In this document: positions 1-12,643 of the stretch, piece after piece
Layout: each line of letters starts with the position of its first letter
Numbering within the stretch: the first letter of the stretch is position 1
NCBI GenBank assembly: GCA_030295235.1
Contig: AP026132.1
Location: 930,001-994,000 of the forward strand
Origin: Fistulifera solaris
Taxonomy: Eukaryota
Direction of reading: 5' to 3'
Length of the DNA: 64,000 bases
The notes under the pieces: model-generated
Told to the model about the DNA's origin: nothing
Database searches by the model: none
The model's input: the letters and a program-made list of their open reading frames with translations, nothing else
Made by a program: the position numbers and the translations under genes

Positions 1-1
1 T

Positions 2-373
2 ATCAAGGAGAATCTCCGTGTTCATGCATGGGTCCACCAGGAGGAGGATGAAGAAAGACAAGGAGGCAGTTTGAAAGGCGACTTATCAGAAACGAGCATT
101 AATTTCCACGAGTCTCAGGGGCAGGTATCGGATGAAGGGATCGCAGATATTAGTGGATACAGCAACCGCAGTTTGGACAGCTTTTTCGATGGATGCGCGA
201 TTTGTTTAGGGAACTACAAACGACATCAAAAAGTTTGTGAATCCAGTAATCCTGCTTGTACGCACATATTTCATGAGGAATGTATGGTGAGTTGGTTGAT
301 GAAACATCATACTTGCCCTATTTGTGGACAAATTTACATCATAACAAAGACCGCACCAAAATGTCCTGGATAA
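2..373 (+). CDS. RING-H2 E3 ubiquitin ligase (ATL-like), 5'-truncated by the window edge
   Basis: Frame is open from base 2 (IKENLRVHAW...). RING-H2 motif CAICL..C.HIFH..C...W......CPIC. Close paralog of 869..1483. Confidence 0.85.
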   Translation: MKENLRVHAWVHQEEDEERQGGSLKGDLSETSINFHESQGQVSDEGIADISGYSNRSLDSFFDGCAICLGNYKRHQKVCESSNPACTHIFHEECMVSWLMKHHTCPICGQIYIITKTAPKCPG

Positions 374-868
374 ACGAGAGAACCAACTTAAATTGTACCT
401 TTATTAGTTTTACCATTGCTTCATACCTAGCGTTGCTGTCACTCTTTCTCTCAGCGCCATATTCTCCCTTAGATCACGACATATCATATTCCCCTGGCGA
501 TTCCTCTCTTGGCTCGGTTTCGAGTCATGATGTCTTACCTTTTGAAATACAGTTTGAAAGAATGCGCTTTTTCGGTTTGTCATTAGTTGTTGAGGAAGAG
601 ACACTTTGGAGTTATAATACCTCTTGGGCGGCTTTGCATTAGAGTTGGAGAACGTTCCCTGACTCAGTATTTGCAGTCCCGAGTCCTCATCGGAAAACGG
701 AAAATGCGAAGCGAGCCATCACTTTTTCGTCTTTTTCTTTTGTTCTCTGCGCCACATTTTCCGAACCCGAAAAGAGTTGACGCTTTTTCGATAAATGAAC
801 AACAACGAACATCTCTACCACATAAATAATCAAACCGCTAAACTCTATAACAAGCAACAAGCAAAGAA

Positions 869-1483
869 ATGAGCAACCCTTATTATCTCCGTAACTCTAC
901 AGATACAAGCTCGAATGATGACGATGAGTACGATCAACAAAGCCCACTGGACGTATTCGTGAATTTACTGCTACTCGTGGCAACTCTCACGGTAGTTTCA
1001 CTTGTTTACTATCTCATATGTTATATCATGCTCAATGTTCAGACGTCATCAGAGACTGCAGTAACCGAGTCGAAACGAGCAAAGCGTGCTGCCTTCATTA
1101 AAGAGAACCTGCTCGTCCATGAATGGGTTGATGACAGTCAGAATAACGACGAAGAAACACAACGAAAAGAAGACGGCTCGCAACCAGCAAGGCAAGAACT
1201 GACAGTACAATGTAGTGGGCATGATGAATTGGATTGCCAAGTACGAACAAAGGCGTCTCAGGAGGGCCATGACGACGACAGTGCGTGCAGCACCGTTAGT
1301 TTGGACAGTTCATTCGATGGATGTGCAATATGTTTGGCCGATTACAAACAGAATCAAAAAGTTTGTGAGTCCAGTAATCCGGCTTGTACACATGTGTTTC
1401 ATGAGGATTGCATGGTGAACTGGCTGATGAAACATCATAGGTGTCCTGTTTGCCGACAAAGATATATTGCACAAACGCCATAA
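869..1483 (+). CDS. Transmembrane RING-H2 E3 ubiquitin ligase (ATL-like)
   Basis: N-terminal hydrophobic helix (VFVNLLLLVATLTVVSLVYYLICYIML). C-terminal CAICL..CTHVFHEDC..W..CPVC. Confidence 0.9.
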   Translation: MSNPYYLRNSTDTSSNDDDEYDQQSPLDVFVNLLLLVATLTVVSLVYYLICYIMLNVQTSSETAVTESKRAKRAAFIKENLLVHEWVDDSQNNDEETQRKEDGSQPARQELTVQCSGHDELDCQVRTKASQEGHDDDSACSTVSLDSSFDGCAICLADYKQNQKVCESSNPACTHVFHEDCMVNWLMKHHRCPVCRQRYIAQTP

Positions 1484-1548
1484 AATCCGGATAAGTGAGA
1501 GGTTTTAGTTCAAATGAGCCTTATTTTATTTACAACCGGTAGAGCCTT

Positions 1549-4162
1549 CTATTGGATCTCGGCCGCGCTTTCTGAATTTTCTAAGTCGTTCAAGGTGGCC
1601 TGGAGGAAATTGGCAATTTCACGAGCGCTTGGTCTCTCTGTGGGATCGTAGGTATAGCATTTGAGCATGGCATCGCGAATTGCGACTACCTCGGGATCTC
1701 TTGTACTCAAAACATCCTCTGGGATGAACGGAAGAGTGCCTTCTATAACCTTTTTCGTCACCTCCTCTTTTGCTGGGCGGCCACCGGGTTCTAGTTTATG
1801 CCATGGCTCGTGTCCACAGATCAAGCGGAAGAAAATGTGACCCATTGAAAAGACGTCCACTTTTTCAGTTAGGTGCTGATCGTCGCGAGCTTCTTCGGGT
1901 GAGCGCCACTGCGGATTTGGATAACGAGCTGGAAAGCCACACGGTGTGTTTGACGTTGTGTTCCATCGTCGCAAGATACCAATGTTGAAATCGTTGAGTT
2001 TGAGCGTTCCTCTCACTGTGACAACGTTGGCAGGATTCACGTCAAAGTGAACCAAGGTAGCATTGCCATCTCCGTCAATTCCATGGACGTCAGCTATACC
2101 GTTCGCAATATCCCGTGCAATACGCAATCTAGATAGTGGTACCTTCTCGGCTTTCTCAGCGAGTTGACCAAGTCGTGTTCCATCGGCATACTCGGTAATG
2201 ACAGAGTGCCCACAGTAACCGAAAATGTTGATCACGTGAGGCGATGAGGTCAAGCGCTCCATGGCGATGGCATCAACACGGTCGTTCTCAAAATGGGCTT
2301 CCTCGAAGCGATGTTCAATTCTGTGGACAGAGTTTACGGTAAGAAAAAGCTTCGTTTAGCATCGAAATACATAGATGAAATTACGTACCGCAGTGTCTTC
2401 AAGACGGTTGTGTCTCTTTCCTCCTTCGACTGATGCCCACCAATTGTATCGACTCTCCAAGCGTTCCTCCAGTAACCTTTGGTTCCGAAGAGATTAAAGT
2501 CATCTCCATTATCTTCACCAATCTTTGCAAGGTCGAGCTCATGCATGGAATTACAGGAGGGATAGAAGCTGGTTTGCCACTCTTGCATGGGGACACATTC
2601 ACCATCGGACAGAGGCTTACGGAGCTCCATTGTCGTCATCCTTTCGTCACTCGAATCCAGGACGGAATACAACTGTGTGTTATCTGTGAACTTGGCTGGG
2701 TATAGCTCAAGAGTTCGTGTTTTCATCGGCGCCATATCCGAGTCGATGGAAACCATACGTCGCTGAGCTTCGGACCGCGTCTGCGATGGATGGCGGTAAA
2801 GTTCGGGGTCGATGGCACTGAATTGAGCAGACACGCCGGAAAGGGCGTGTTGGGGTAGGGCAAAGTGTGTACTTGCTTGTGTGGCAATGTGTGCATGATG
2901 ATGCGAGGCTTTCTTGGTCTTTAACGTGCTCGCTTTGACTTTCTCGTCTGCCGTATCGTCCTTCGACTCTTTCGTCGCGTGTTTGTGTTTCTTTATTTCT
3001 GCAGGGTGCTTCGGCTCATCCTCTTTCGGAAGCTTTGCCGCAGTATCCTGGTGCGCGTCAGCACCACCACGAAGAACGGGCGGCGTTTCTTTCGAGCGAA
3101 CACGTTTGATCTTCGATAGACCCTTCTTTAACGCCCTGGCCTTCATGGCAGCATCTGCCGAGTCGTCCGTATCGAGTTGACGATACAAGACGGACATGTG
3201 TTTGGGATGTTCGAGCGCATCTAGCTCACTTGCAACCAGCATGGAATGACCGGCTAGAAAGGTGAGACTCACGGACATGAATCCGCACACGACCATGATC
3301 CATGGGAATAAGCGAGAGCCTGCTAAACGCACGCATTGCTTGTGAAATGTCTCGGGTGTAGACGGTTGTTGGGACGCCAATATACTGTCATGACGGCTTG
3401 AACGCCGCCGCCTGTACTTTCGAGAGACTTTCTTCGAAGCCCGTCTCGAACGAGATGAGATAACAAACTCATCCGTGTCTTCACACTCTTCGTAGTTCAA
3501 GTCCAAGGTAACTGTACTGCTGATGCTTTGATGCCGTAAATCGGACCCGGATATCGATCGACGCGAGCGCAAGCGCCACTGAGAAGGGTCGCCGGGTATA
3601 CATTGCGGAACCGTGTCGCTGGCCGCTCGGGGAAATAGTCTCTCCGGCTGGGCGAGTCTTCAAACTGGATGGAATGCGCTGGCTCGAATTCATCTTCCAG
3701 CGAATCGTTATCGGGCGATTCTGGAAATAGATTACTGCGAAACTCGCTCGGCGGGCTTTCCGGTCGACTGGGTCGATGTGTGTTGGAGCGAGCGTCATCG
3801 AGTCCGCTGCTGCTCGTCATGCTCGAGGATGATGTTTCCGACGCTCCGCTCTTGTGTTCTACTAAAAATGACTTTGGGGTTGGCGTAGAGAACTCTGGCA
3901 GGGCCGACTCAATAGTCCAGGACGATGGCTGAGGATCCGATATACCCATTGTGGGTGTTGTGGCATCGGTTTCCGGCGTCCCCACGCGTTCGCTTTCTTT
4001 GAGAAAGTCAGTCTTACGAGGTGATGAGGTCCAATCTGATTTCACAGTGACTCGGATGCGATGAGGGCCAGGGGTATTGCCACGGCCGTCGTCACGACTC
4101 GTGCTCGTACTCGTGTCACAGTCGGTGCAAGAGCTCGAAGAAGAATCGTCATGATCGAGCAT
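1549..4162 (-). CDS. Single-pass membrane protein kinase with atypical motifs
   Basis: Joins ORFs 3497..4162, 2334..3572 and 1549..2262 via a -1 indel in the G run at 3629-3632 and a GT-AG intron at 2321..2388 (gives KTLR/IEHRFEE). Kinase motifs: GTKGYW, VLKT, HFDVNPAN, NDFN, WRSPEE, KVDVFSMG, RPSA. TM segment LFPWIMVVCGFMSVSLTFLAG. Confidence 0.85.
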
Positions 4163-5058
4163 TGTTGTAAAACAGTCAACGACAAGTCAATCACAACAAC
4201 AAAGAGGCACGATATGTAACGAGGTGAAAGTGTTTGTGTTGTGTCTGTGTCGACGGTTGCTGCGGCTCCGGGGTTCTGCTCGCAAGTAGTTGTTATGAAT
4301 TGTTTTCTTTGCCTCTTCAATGGCTCACGATGACAATAATCGTTATCGTTCGGCCAAATTTACTTGAAAATTAGTCGATTTTCAAATACACGAGTTGCGC
4401 GTTGTATACGTTACCTCGGTCTCAACCGTGAGAGTGCCCTCTTTGGTGGTAAACTACGCCGAGGCAATTGTCCGAAGCTGGTTTTCATTTAGTGAACGTT
4501 ACCTTGTCTTTTGGGCGTGACATGCTTGCACGGCTCTAAGTAGCGCGTCAGCCGACTAAATCGGAACACTCTTCGTATCGATACTATGGAGGCTGTTAAA
4601 AGTAAATAGTTCATTTTGTACCACTGTTTAAGAGAAAATTCCCATACTATCCGTTGGACGAGAATCGAATTGGAGGGAGAGTACCGGGAATTCACCTTCA
4701 ATTTTTCGGCGGCCGGCCGATAACGATGTCCCAATTTTCTCGACCAACAGTAGAGACACTTTTTTCGAAAGTGACTTACGTGTTTCGCCGTGTGACAAGG
4801 TGGCGCAAAATCTCCGCAAGAACTCCGTATCATTCCTTCACCCGACTCAAAGTGACACGTGACCGAAGTGAATGGAAAACTAGATCCATGGAAGATGGAG
4901 TCACGATCCAAATCGCATGCCGCCACCGGCCGCCACGACTACCTTAGGAGCAATGGTTAAGGCTATAGATGCCTGCTATGGCTCCTACGAATTCTAAATG
5001 TTTTCTCGTTATGCTATGTTCATTGTCAAAGTATAAGAGGAATGAAATGGAATCAGTT

Positions 5059-8000
5059 CTACTCCGTCAGGGCGTATTCTTCCTCGTATTGCTTGACTGC
5101 CGCATCTAGTTCTACCCAGCTTTCTTGGAACAAATCTCCCTGAATCACACGTTTGGCCATGGAAACTTTAGGTTCCTTATGCATGGGGTTGTTACAAAGG
5201 TCGATGGTCTTGGCGTTCGCTTTACTCTCGTCCGAGCACCAGCTTTCACACCATAGCCACTCTTGGGGAAGGCTGAAGATGGGGACCGAGTGTTGGGCAT
5301 AATTTGGCAAGTCCTGATCCAAGTTCGCCAGACTATTCGGATCAGCTGAAAGTTGCTGATAAATTGATCGGAGTGTGTCGCCGACTAAGTTGCGACGGAA
5401 TACCTCCAAGTCCACGACGTACAGGGCGGAAATGTGGTACGGCTTTCCACGCAAGTGGTTTTTCCAGAAGCCCTCCTTCCAAAACTGGTATCCCAAGGTT
5501 TCTTTTCGTGAGGAGCAGAAAGGGGTATAACCATATGGAGCTCCTTTGAGGTCCATATCCCACAACTCCTTGAGATCACCTCGGACAACTTGATCCGCGT
5601 CCACGTAAATGATCTTCTTCACACTTTGGGGGAAGAGAACGTCAAGGAAAAGGATTTTGTACCCCCAAATTATGCGTTGCTTTTCCGATTGACTTCGAAG
5701 CCATTGTGGCCATTTGTACGTGACAAACTCCACTTCGCATCCAATCTTTCGTGCCATGGCTTGCGCAGACTGCTTGAATGTCGGTGAAAGAAAATTTTCA
5801 AACAACCAGAATTTCACTTTTGAAGTTGTCCGTTTGGTGACAGAAAGCATCATGATTTTCAAAAAGCGTTCGTAAAGGTGACCTGTCGCGAGTGAAAAGA
5901 CGTGAATTGTATCATCAGCTTCATCTACACCATTGTCTTCGCCATGAAAAAGACTAGTAGTTTCAGCGAAACCAGGCTTTCGCTGCAGCACTAGGAGTTC
6001 GCCGCGATTGCTAAAGTCTTGGACAACGATTCGCATTCTGACCTCTTGTGGTATGCTGTTCGGATCCACGACCAAACGACCTCCGCGTGCAGTACCATCA
6101 ACCATATCAAACATTGTGGCTCCCTTTGACCCTTCAGCTATGGCTAGCTCCCATATTCCTGGGTTGGCTCTCAGCTGCCAATATCCAACAGTCTTCATAA
6201 CCACAGTGTCCGAATAATTCACTTCTGTGCGATTTCTAGGGATATATTGGTTAGCTGATGATTCCGTAATGGACCCATCAATCCCCACTTCGACAATAGG
6301 TTGCTTGATTTGCACACCTAGTTCAGTGTCCCTATTCAAAGTCAATTGCAATCCATTCGGTGGCGCACCCTTTGTTTCAAAACATTGGCCGAAAACGAGT
6401 AGGCTTTTGAGCTCATACACGACTTTAGTGTTACCCTCCCCATTCAGAATAGGACCATCTCCACACCTCGTTTTCACATCACACAGCAAATTATCTGTAT
6501 CTTGCAAGGCCCAACTCTGCTGGACATCCCAAGGCTCCGGCACATCCATTCGGACAGTCAACGTATGGGTTTCTGGTAAGTTCGTAAAGCTGGCAACAGG
6601 ATTCTCAGAATTAGAAAATGACCTATGATCCGCAACGAATCTGTAATAGCTCGTTAGTGGAATTTTTGATTCGTTATCCAAAACAGATTTTGGCAACAAT
6701 ACAAGGTCGATTGCGAGTCGTAGGTGATCCCGAGCAATCAAAAGAATTGAAGAAAGTCGCTGAGCGGCCTCAGACAATGGGTCGAGTACAGCGCCGAGAT
6801 GAACCTGCATTTTAATTAAAATCAGAGAATGTAAAAGTCAATAACCAACTCGCAAAGAAACATACCTTCAAAGCTTCTCGATCATCAGGTCCATTATTCC
6901 ACGACAACAACACTTCCTTTAAGTCTTCCTCGCTGGTTGCCTCCAAATCTCTTATTGTATTGCTCAATCGAGTCCGAGAGCTTGACTCGGCATGTTCAGA
7001 TAGCAATGCGACGACGCGGGCAACACTTATTAAGAATTTTGGTGATTCGACTGGGAAATAGGGGCTGAGCATGCGTGTGACTGCCCTTGAACTTGCCATC
7101 TGTACCGACAAAAGCATTTCTAAATCAGACTGAGTTACGAGCTCGTCATGTAATAAGATAATGCGCCCGTTTCCGACGATCAAGTTGTCAGCTGGTAATT
7201 TGCGATGTAGATACCTCTGCGAAGAACATAAACCATCATTTGATAACATTATCTCAGCGACCTCTGGACTTATGCCCACTAGTTTGTCAAGAAGCTGTTT
7301 AGTGGTAAGCGACTTGTACTTGTGGTCCATGATTTTCTGCAATGCCCCAGATTCCAAGACAGAGGCATGTGCAAAGAGTGGACAAATAGCAGTAGAGGCC
7401 GCTTTTGCGTTACTCGGAAGAATGCGATACGCGACGCGTTCGGGTTTGTCTGGTAGTGATTTCATGACCGACAAAAAGGCAGCGGCATGGGCCATTCCTA
7501 ATTCAGTGCTGAAGTCAAAAATACCATCAATGACGAATTTGGTAGCATTCACTTGATCCGCTACATCCGTTACCATTTTGTTCGGGCTACACATAGCCTC
7601 CTCCCCGAACGAATCGTCAAGATTCAAAAATTTGGGTACGGAGCCGGAACTTGGATCGACGAGCAGAGGATGAATCTTAGCATAAACATTGTCTCCTTCA
7701 AGTAAATAAGCATAGACAGACTTTGGTGACGTATCTGTGATTTTTCCGTGCGAAATAAGAGATAAGACATGGTTTTGTTCCTGCCCGAACAGTCGATTGA
7801 TGCCTTCATCAGCGGTATTAGCAGGCAACGGTCGTCCATTCACAAAACCCATTCCTGGTTTTAGGCCCCGCTGAACAGCAAATTTTATCGAATGACCGTA
7901 TGCCATGACATCGTCATTCTTGTCGCCGGCTTTCATGATTGTCGTGGCGTCCGAAACGGCTTGTTCCGCTGACTTCAAGTTAAGACTCTGGTAAAGCTTT

Positions 8001-9952
8001 CCATGGAAATCAAGTAATTGGCCTATCGATACAGATTCGCTGTTGGATCGAGCATCTCTGAGAAATGACATGATATATTCAATGTATGTGAATATCCCGC
8101 CAGGGTACGCACGCAAGTCTCGAAGGGCGGTAAGTATTAGGAGATGCACGGTTTGAGAAGTGGCTTTGGCCTTCGAAATATCTAGTTTTGACTTCGTATC
8201 GAAAAGGGTAGGGATGGGACAGGGTTCGCTTGTTGTCGTGCCTTGCTTGCTCAGAAAAGTCGAGCACTCCTGAAAATGTTCCGTGTCCACGAATAGCAGA
8301 CCGATTCGAACAGGGTATGCGGCTTGCATGAGCTGGAGACCAAGATTCAAAGCAACACTTTCTGGATCTTGAATCGGATCCACCACAGCAAGTAGTGTGA
8401 ATAAATTTCTTCTCACGGAAGGCGGTCCTCCGTATTCCATATTCATCCTCATGTGATGTAGCGAAGTAGGCCATCGCGAATACAAACTATCCTTCTCAAC
8501 ATCATTCAGATAGATCACGGCATTCTTCCAGCCACGGGCGACATCAATTCGAAGAGTCTGTGCTTTGCGATCTCCATTGTCTCCCGCAGCACCCTCGAGA
8601 AATCGTTTGCCGTTCATCCATGCCGCTTGAACATCACGGAGTGCAGCACTAGGAAGATCCTTCAACATTTCAGACATCTCGTCCAAATTTCTTTGCTCTT
8701 TTTGTATGACATTGAGTATATCAAACAAATTGAAGGACGCCATATCGATCGGCAATGGCTTTCCGTTTATATAGAGCAACCCTGGTCGGAGGTCTCCGCT
8801 TTCCTCGAGCACCTCTACAGCCTTCCGAAGATTATCAGGCACCTCCAACTGAACTAGTGATGAGACCATACTCGGTAAATTCTGTGATATTTGTTGCAAA
8901 GTAACAAGTGGGTCGGTAGCCGAATTCAGTATAGCTGTCGTTGCTTGCAGGGGTAATTGTCGCCGGCGCCACACCGGAGGAATGATAGATGAGTGCAGAT
9001 TCTGATTGTGGTGGGCTGACCAAAGCTTGCGAACTAACGTTTTTTCTGTATCTAGCCCCAAAGCTGTCAAGTTGACTCCAGCAAGAAACCCCGGAGGGAC
9101 ATCCAGGTCATCTTTGGTTAGGTCGACCATGATCTCGTCATCCGAATGCAACGAATCGTTACCACGGTCGTCAAAAACCTTGTACTCCACGTTCCGAATA
9201 TCCAACCATACACCATACCCCTGCAGCGGGAGACCCGTTGCGTTACTTTGGTTCCGTTCTTCGTAATCAACAGCACCCATGTGACGCACAACAAAAGGAA
9301 TCTCCGAGTTTCTTAACAGGCGGTAGGTTGCTGCGAAAAGTGGCGTCCCCATATTTCCGTAAAGTATCCCATATGCATTTTCTCCAAAAGCAGGTATTAT
9401 TGTTTCGTTCGGGATCGTTTTCACCGCAGTTTGAGGCTTTGTGGCAAGGACGGAACTGAGTGTGTCGACTGTGATAATCTCTCCGTCTACCACCGCGAAA
9501 GCTTCTGGTGGATCCAAAAACAACTGGTGCGCTTGTTGCTGCTGCAATGTCTCTCGTGCTAATCCTCTATAGAGCTCACAATGCGGACTCTGCGCTCGCA
9601 ATGCGAGAGAAAGCTGTAACAGCTGTTTCGCTGCTCCCATCAAAGGAGTGACCTTCATGACCAGCTCCTCGGCCATCGCGTCACTCATCACTCGATCCAA
9701 ATTTTCTTCCGCCAGGCGATCTAGAAAGTCGATTCCTTTCTCTTCCTGACTGTGATACACAAAAGCTTCACAGAAAATATTTTGCGGAGTAGAAGGCCAA
9801 TGATTGGCGACGACGGATGTCTCCAACTCTCGATTCACCAGCGGGGATACTATTGTATGGAGCTCATCATTATTTCCATCTACGACCCAAATTACGATCA
9901 GTAGAAAGGGACAGAGCAATGCATTGAAGAATATGATCGAATGCTTTGCCAT
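5059..9952 (-). CDS. UGGT: UDP-glucose:glycoprotein glucosyltransferase
   Basis: Signal peptide, LQGYGVWLDIRNVEYK, and GT24 motifs IHVFSLATGHLYERF, GYKILFLDVLFP, YVDADQ, LANLDQDLPN, WLWCESWC, KTIDLCNNP. One phase-0 intron at 6805..6865. Confidence 0.97.
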
Positions 9953-10674
9953 GGGTAATCTCGATTTGTGCTTGACGCAATACGACGTTTAGATCTCAAG
10001 TTGAAAAAAAAAGACGAGCTGGTCGCGTAAATGCGTCGCTGCAGCAAACAAAGGGGACGACAGGCCTTCAACTTCCAGTGATATCAAATGCTGTTTAAGC
10101 TCACGATACGATGACTTCTTCGTCAATAGATGGATAAAGGTATTCCATCAAAAGCAATAACAAGAGCAACAACAAAAAATCTCCGTAAGTTTTATACGTC
10201 GAGTGAGTAAAAAACGAACCAGAACCGATCCGACACTTTACAAAGTAGATAAAGGAATAAAGTGGGCACAGTACCAGTACCAGGTACCGGTATGTCATTT
10301 CAGACAAATAATGAATGCAAACGCAGTTCAAAAGAAGAAACTATGGATGCACGCGTATTATTCTTGTATCTCTAGAGAGACACTTTCGCCATGATTAATC
10401 GTCGGAAACTCTTGCTGCAACCTGCTAAATTAGTCTTTCAAAAATGGCTAAAGCGCTGAATTGTTGTCCGTATTTGGTCACGACTGGATATCAGTTTTGA
10501 GTCATGAATGGTTGCCAAGTTTCGCGCGCTAAGTTTAGGATACTAGCTAGACCATTATTTTTTAAAACAATAGATTCACATATGCAATTAGCTAATCTGT
10601 AAAAACGCAAAGCGTAGCTAGACGCCTACACATTTGGATCAAAGGCTGATCTTGCTTCCGAGTGGCGTGTCCAT

Positions 10675-12156
10675 CTACGCCGCTGTCAAAAGAGGAACGA
10701 CTTGGCTTTCAATCATCTCCCGTCTGGGCATTGCCAATTTTGCCATACTTTGAGTGACATGCATTGCAGCTTCCTTCGGTAGATTTGTGAGCAGCGTCTT
10801 GGCTTTCGCTAAATCCATCGGATAGACAGCAACTTCCTGCAGTATTCTTTCGACTCCTTCGTCGCCTAGAAATGAATAGAAGTACGCAGCCAGCGGTGAA
10901 TGCCGCACGTCGAAGGAGCATTCACTTCGTCTACCAAAAGCCAGAATCTCATAGACGTCGGCATCGCACTTTTCGTTCGGTTCTTTCTTCGGTTCTGGGA
11001 GCCAGTTTTCCAAACGATTGCTGCTCTGCTGTTGGGACGGAAGATCTCCCATAAAGACACTGACAGGTGCATCGCCACCGGTAAGCTCTGCGATTGCCGC
11101 CAGAACGGAAAGAGACAGTAATTTGGCACCAACGTACTTTCTTCCCACTTCTAAATTACGTTTGGCATTCAAAGTTAGTCGATTTAATTCTTCATCCGAT
11201 GGAACGCCCCTGAACTGACTGAAAATCACGTTGGGCTTCAAAAAGCCGAAGAAGCCATACATTTTGAAAAGCCCAAATTGAAACTCCTTTACAGTGTACA
11301 GGAACTGATGACGAAGCGCTTCGTTCGACTCCGGAAGCAAACTCCAGGTATTGTCGAGAAACCACAATTGATCGTCCGATCCAAAATTGCCGACATCTTC
11401 GTTGGCCAAGTCTGCGGCACGCTGCACACAAAGGACGCACTGCTCCTCGGTAAGATTAAGCTTAAATTTTTGAGTTGTTGTTAGCATTCGATGGTACAAA
11501 CGATCCAGTGGTGATCCCAGCAATGGGTCTGTGGGACGGAATGGAATCGTAGATTCGATGCAACAGGCAATCGCTGCTAACTCTTCTTTGGCCAGCGCGA
11601 AAGCGAGTTCTCTCACAGCAATTACCGCCGATAGAAATTCGTTCAATCCTGTCATCGGTGTCAGCTCGTCACCTGGCTTTCTGCCAAAGATATCAATCAC
11701 TATAGCTAAAACTTCATCCTCGTCGGAGCCAGCATCGGGGCTAATCCTTAGTGTCGTTTGTCCATTCGCTTCCTTTTCTATAAGAAGAACTCCTCGCAGC
11801 TTCTCACTTTGAATTTTCGAAAGCCCTCCGTCGATATTGTAGTAGACGCAATCATGAAACAAAGCCGCCAATATTGTAATAGGATCAACAAGATGTTTGG
11901 AGACATCGAAGACATGCTGCACGGAATGATAATCGCGGCTGCTGATCGACATGCTCTCATGAATGAGGGTAGACATGGACTCAATTTTCGTCGTGACATC
12001 ACCTGATAAGGGATCAACGCCCAATTCCTTCAAACATCGCTCCATCCGCTTCACTAAGCGACTTATATAAGGGCTGGCTTCATCGTCTTTGCCATAATCA
12101 ATACACGGTCGCTTCGTTGCTGGTCCGATGGGACTGCCGCGCTTCGTCAACGACAT
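10675..12156 (-). CDS. HD-superfamily metal-dependent phosphohydrolase-like protein
   Basis: Long intronless ORF; likely ATG at 12156 (MSLTKRG). RDYHSVQH ... LAALFHDCVY ... D pattern typical of HD/HDc folds. Confidence 0.7.
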   Translation of the reverse strand: MSLTKRGSPIGPATKRPCIDYGKDDEASPYISRLVKRMERCLKELGVDPLSGDVTTKIESMSTLIHESMSISSRDYHSVQHVFDVSKHLVDPITILAALFHDCVYYNIDGGLSKIQSEKLRGVLLIEKEANGQTTLRISPDAGSDEDEVLAIVIDIFGRKPGDELTPMTGLNEFLSAVIAVRELAFALAKEELAAIACCIESTIPFRPTDPLLGSPLDRLYHRMLTTTQKFKLNLTEEQCVLCVQRAADLANEDVGNFGSDDQLWFLDNTWSLLPESNEALRHQFLYTVKEFQFGLFKMYGFFGFLKPNVIFSQFRGVPSDEELNRLTLNAKRNLEVGRKYVGAKLLSLSVLAAIAELTGGDAPVSVFMGDLPSQQQSSNRLENWLPEPKKEPNEKCDADVYEILAFGRRSECSFDVRHSPLAAYFYSFLGDEGVERILQEVAVYPMDLAKAKTLLTNLPKEAAMHVTQSMAKLAMPRREMIESQVVPLLTAA

Positions 12157-12643
12157 TCTGCTTCGAGTCGTTACGCGAGTTGAGGTATCTGTTTGGTAAA
12201 TGATGAGGATCAACAGACGTCTGCGGATTGTGGACCCAGATGAAGAGGCATAGAGGAGTCGGAATTTTCCGGCATCTTTCTTGACATCTTGTCGCAAGAT
12301 TTTTTCACGCGCAAAATGAAGGTCTAGTAAGCTGTCTACACAATATCATATACTCAATTAGATTAAGTACCGCATCCATAAATTCTCTACGCGAAACGCG
12401 AATACCCAAAAGGCCCAATCAACAATCCTTGCGGTGCACGTTCTACGCTTCCTCCGGGTCTTCCCCTGAATTTTTCGTACCTTTAGCCGGAATGAGAATG
12501 AATAAAAATACGGAGCATAGACTAGATGACTGTCAAACAGTCAAACACGGGATGCAATCAACTCATCTTAATTGTGAGTCTATTGTTCCGAGCTTATAAG
12601 GAAATCTTTATAGAGCGATGAACCCAATTTATTAGCTGATTGG

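Noticed and set aside
4539..4570. tRNA-Met-like stretch GTAGCGCGTCAG
   Set aside because: No acceptor stem, anticodon arm or GTTCRA T-loop in register.
4489..4947. ORFs 4489..4926 and 4654..4947 as genes
   Set aside because: No motifs, non-ATG or weak starts, and overlapping on opposite strands; probably the promoter/terminator region between the kinase and UGGT.
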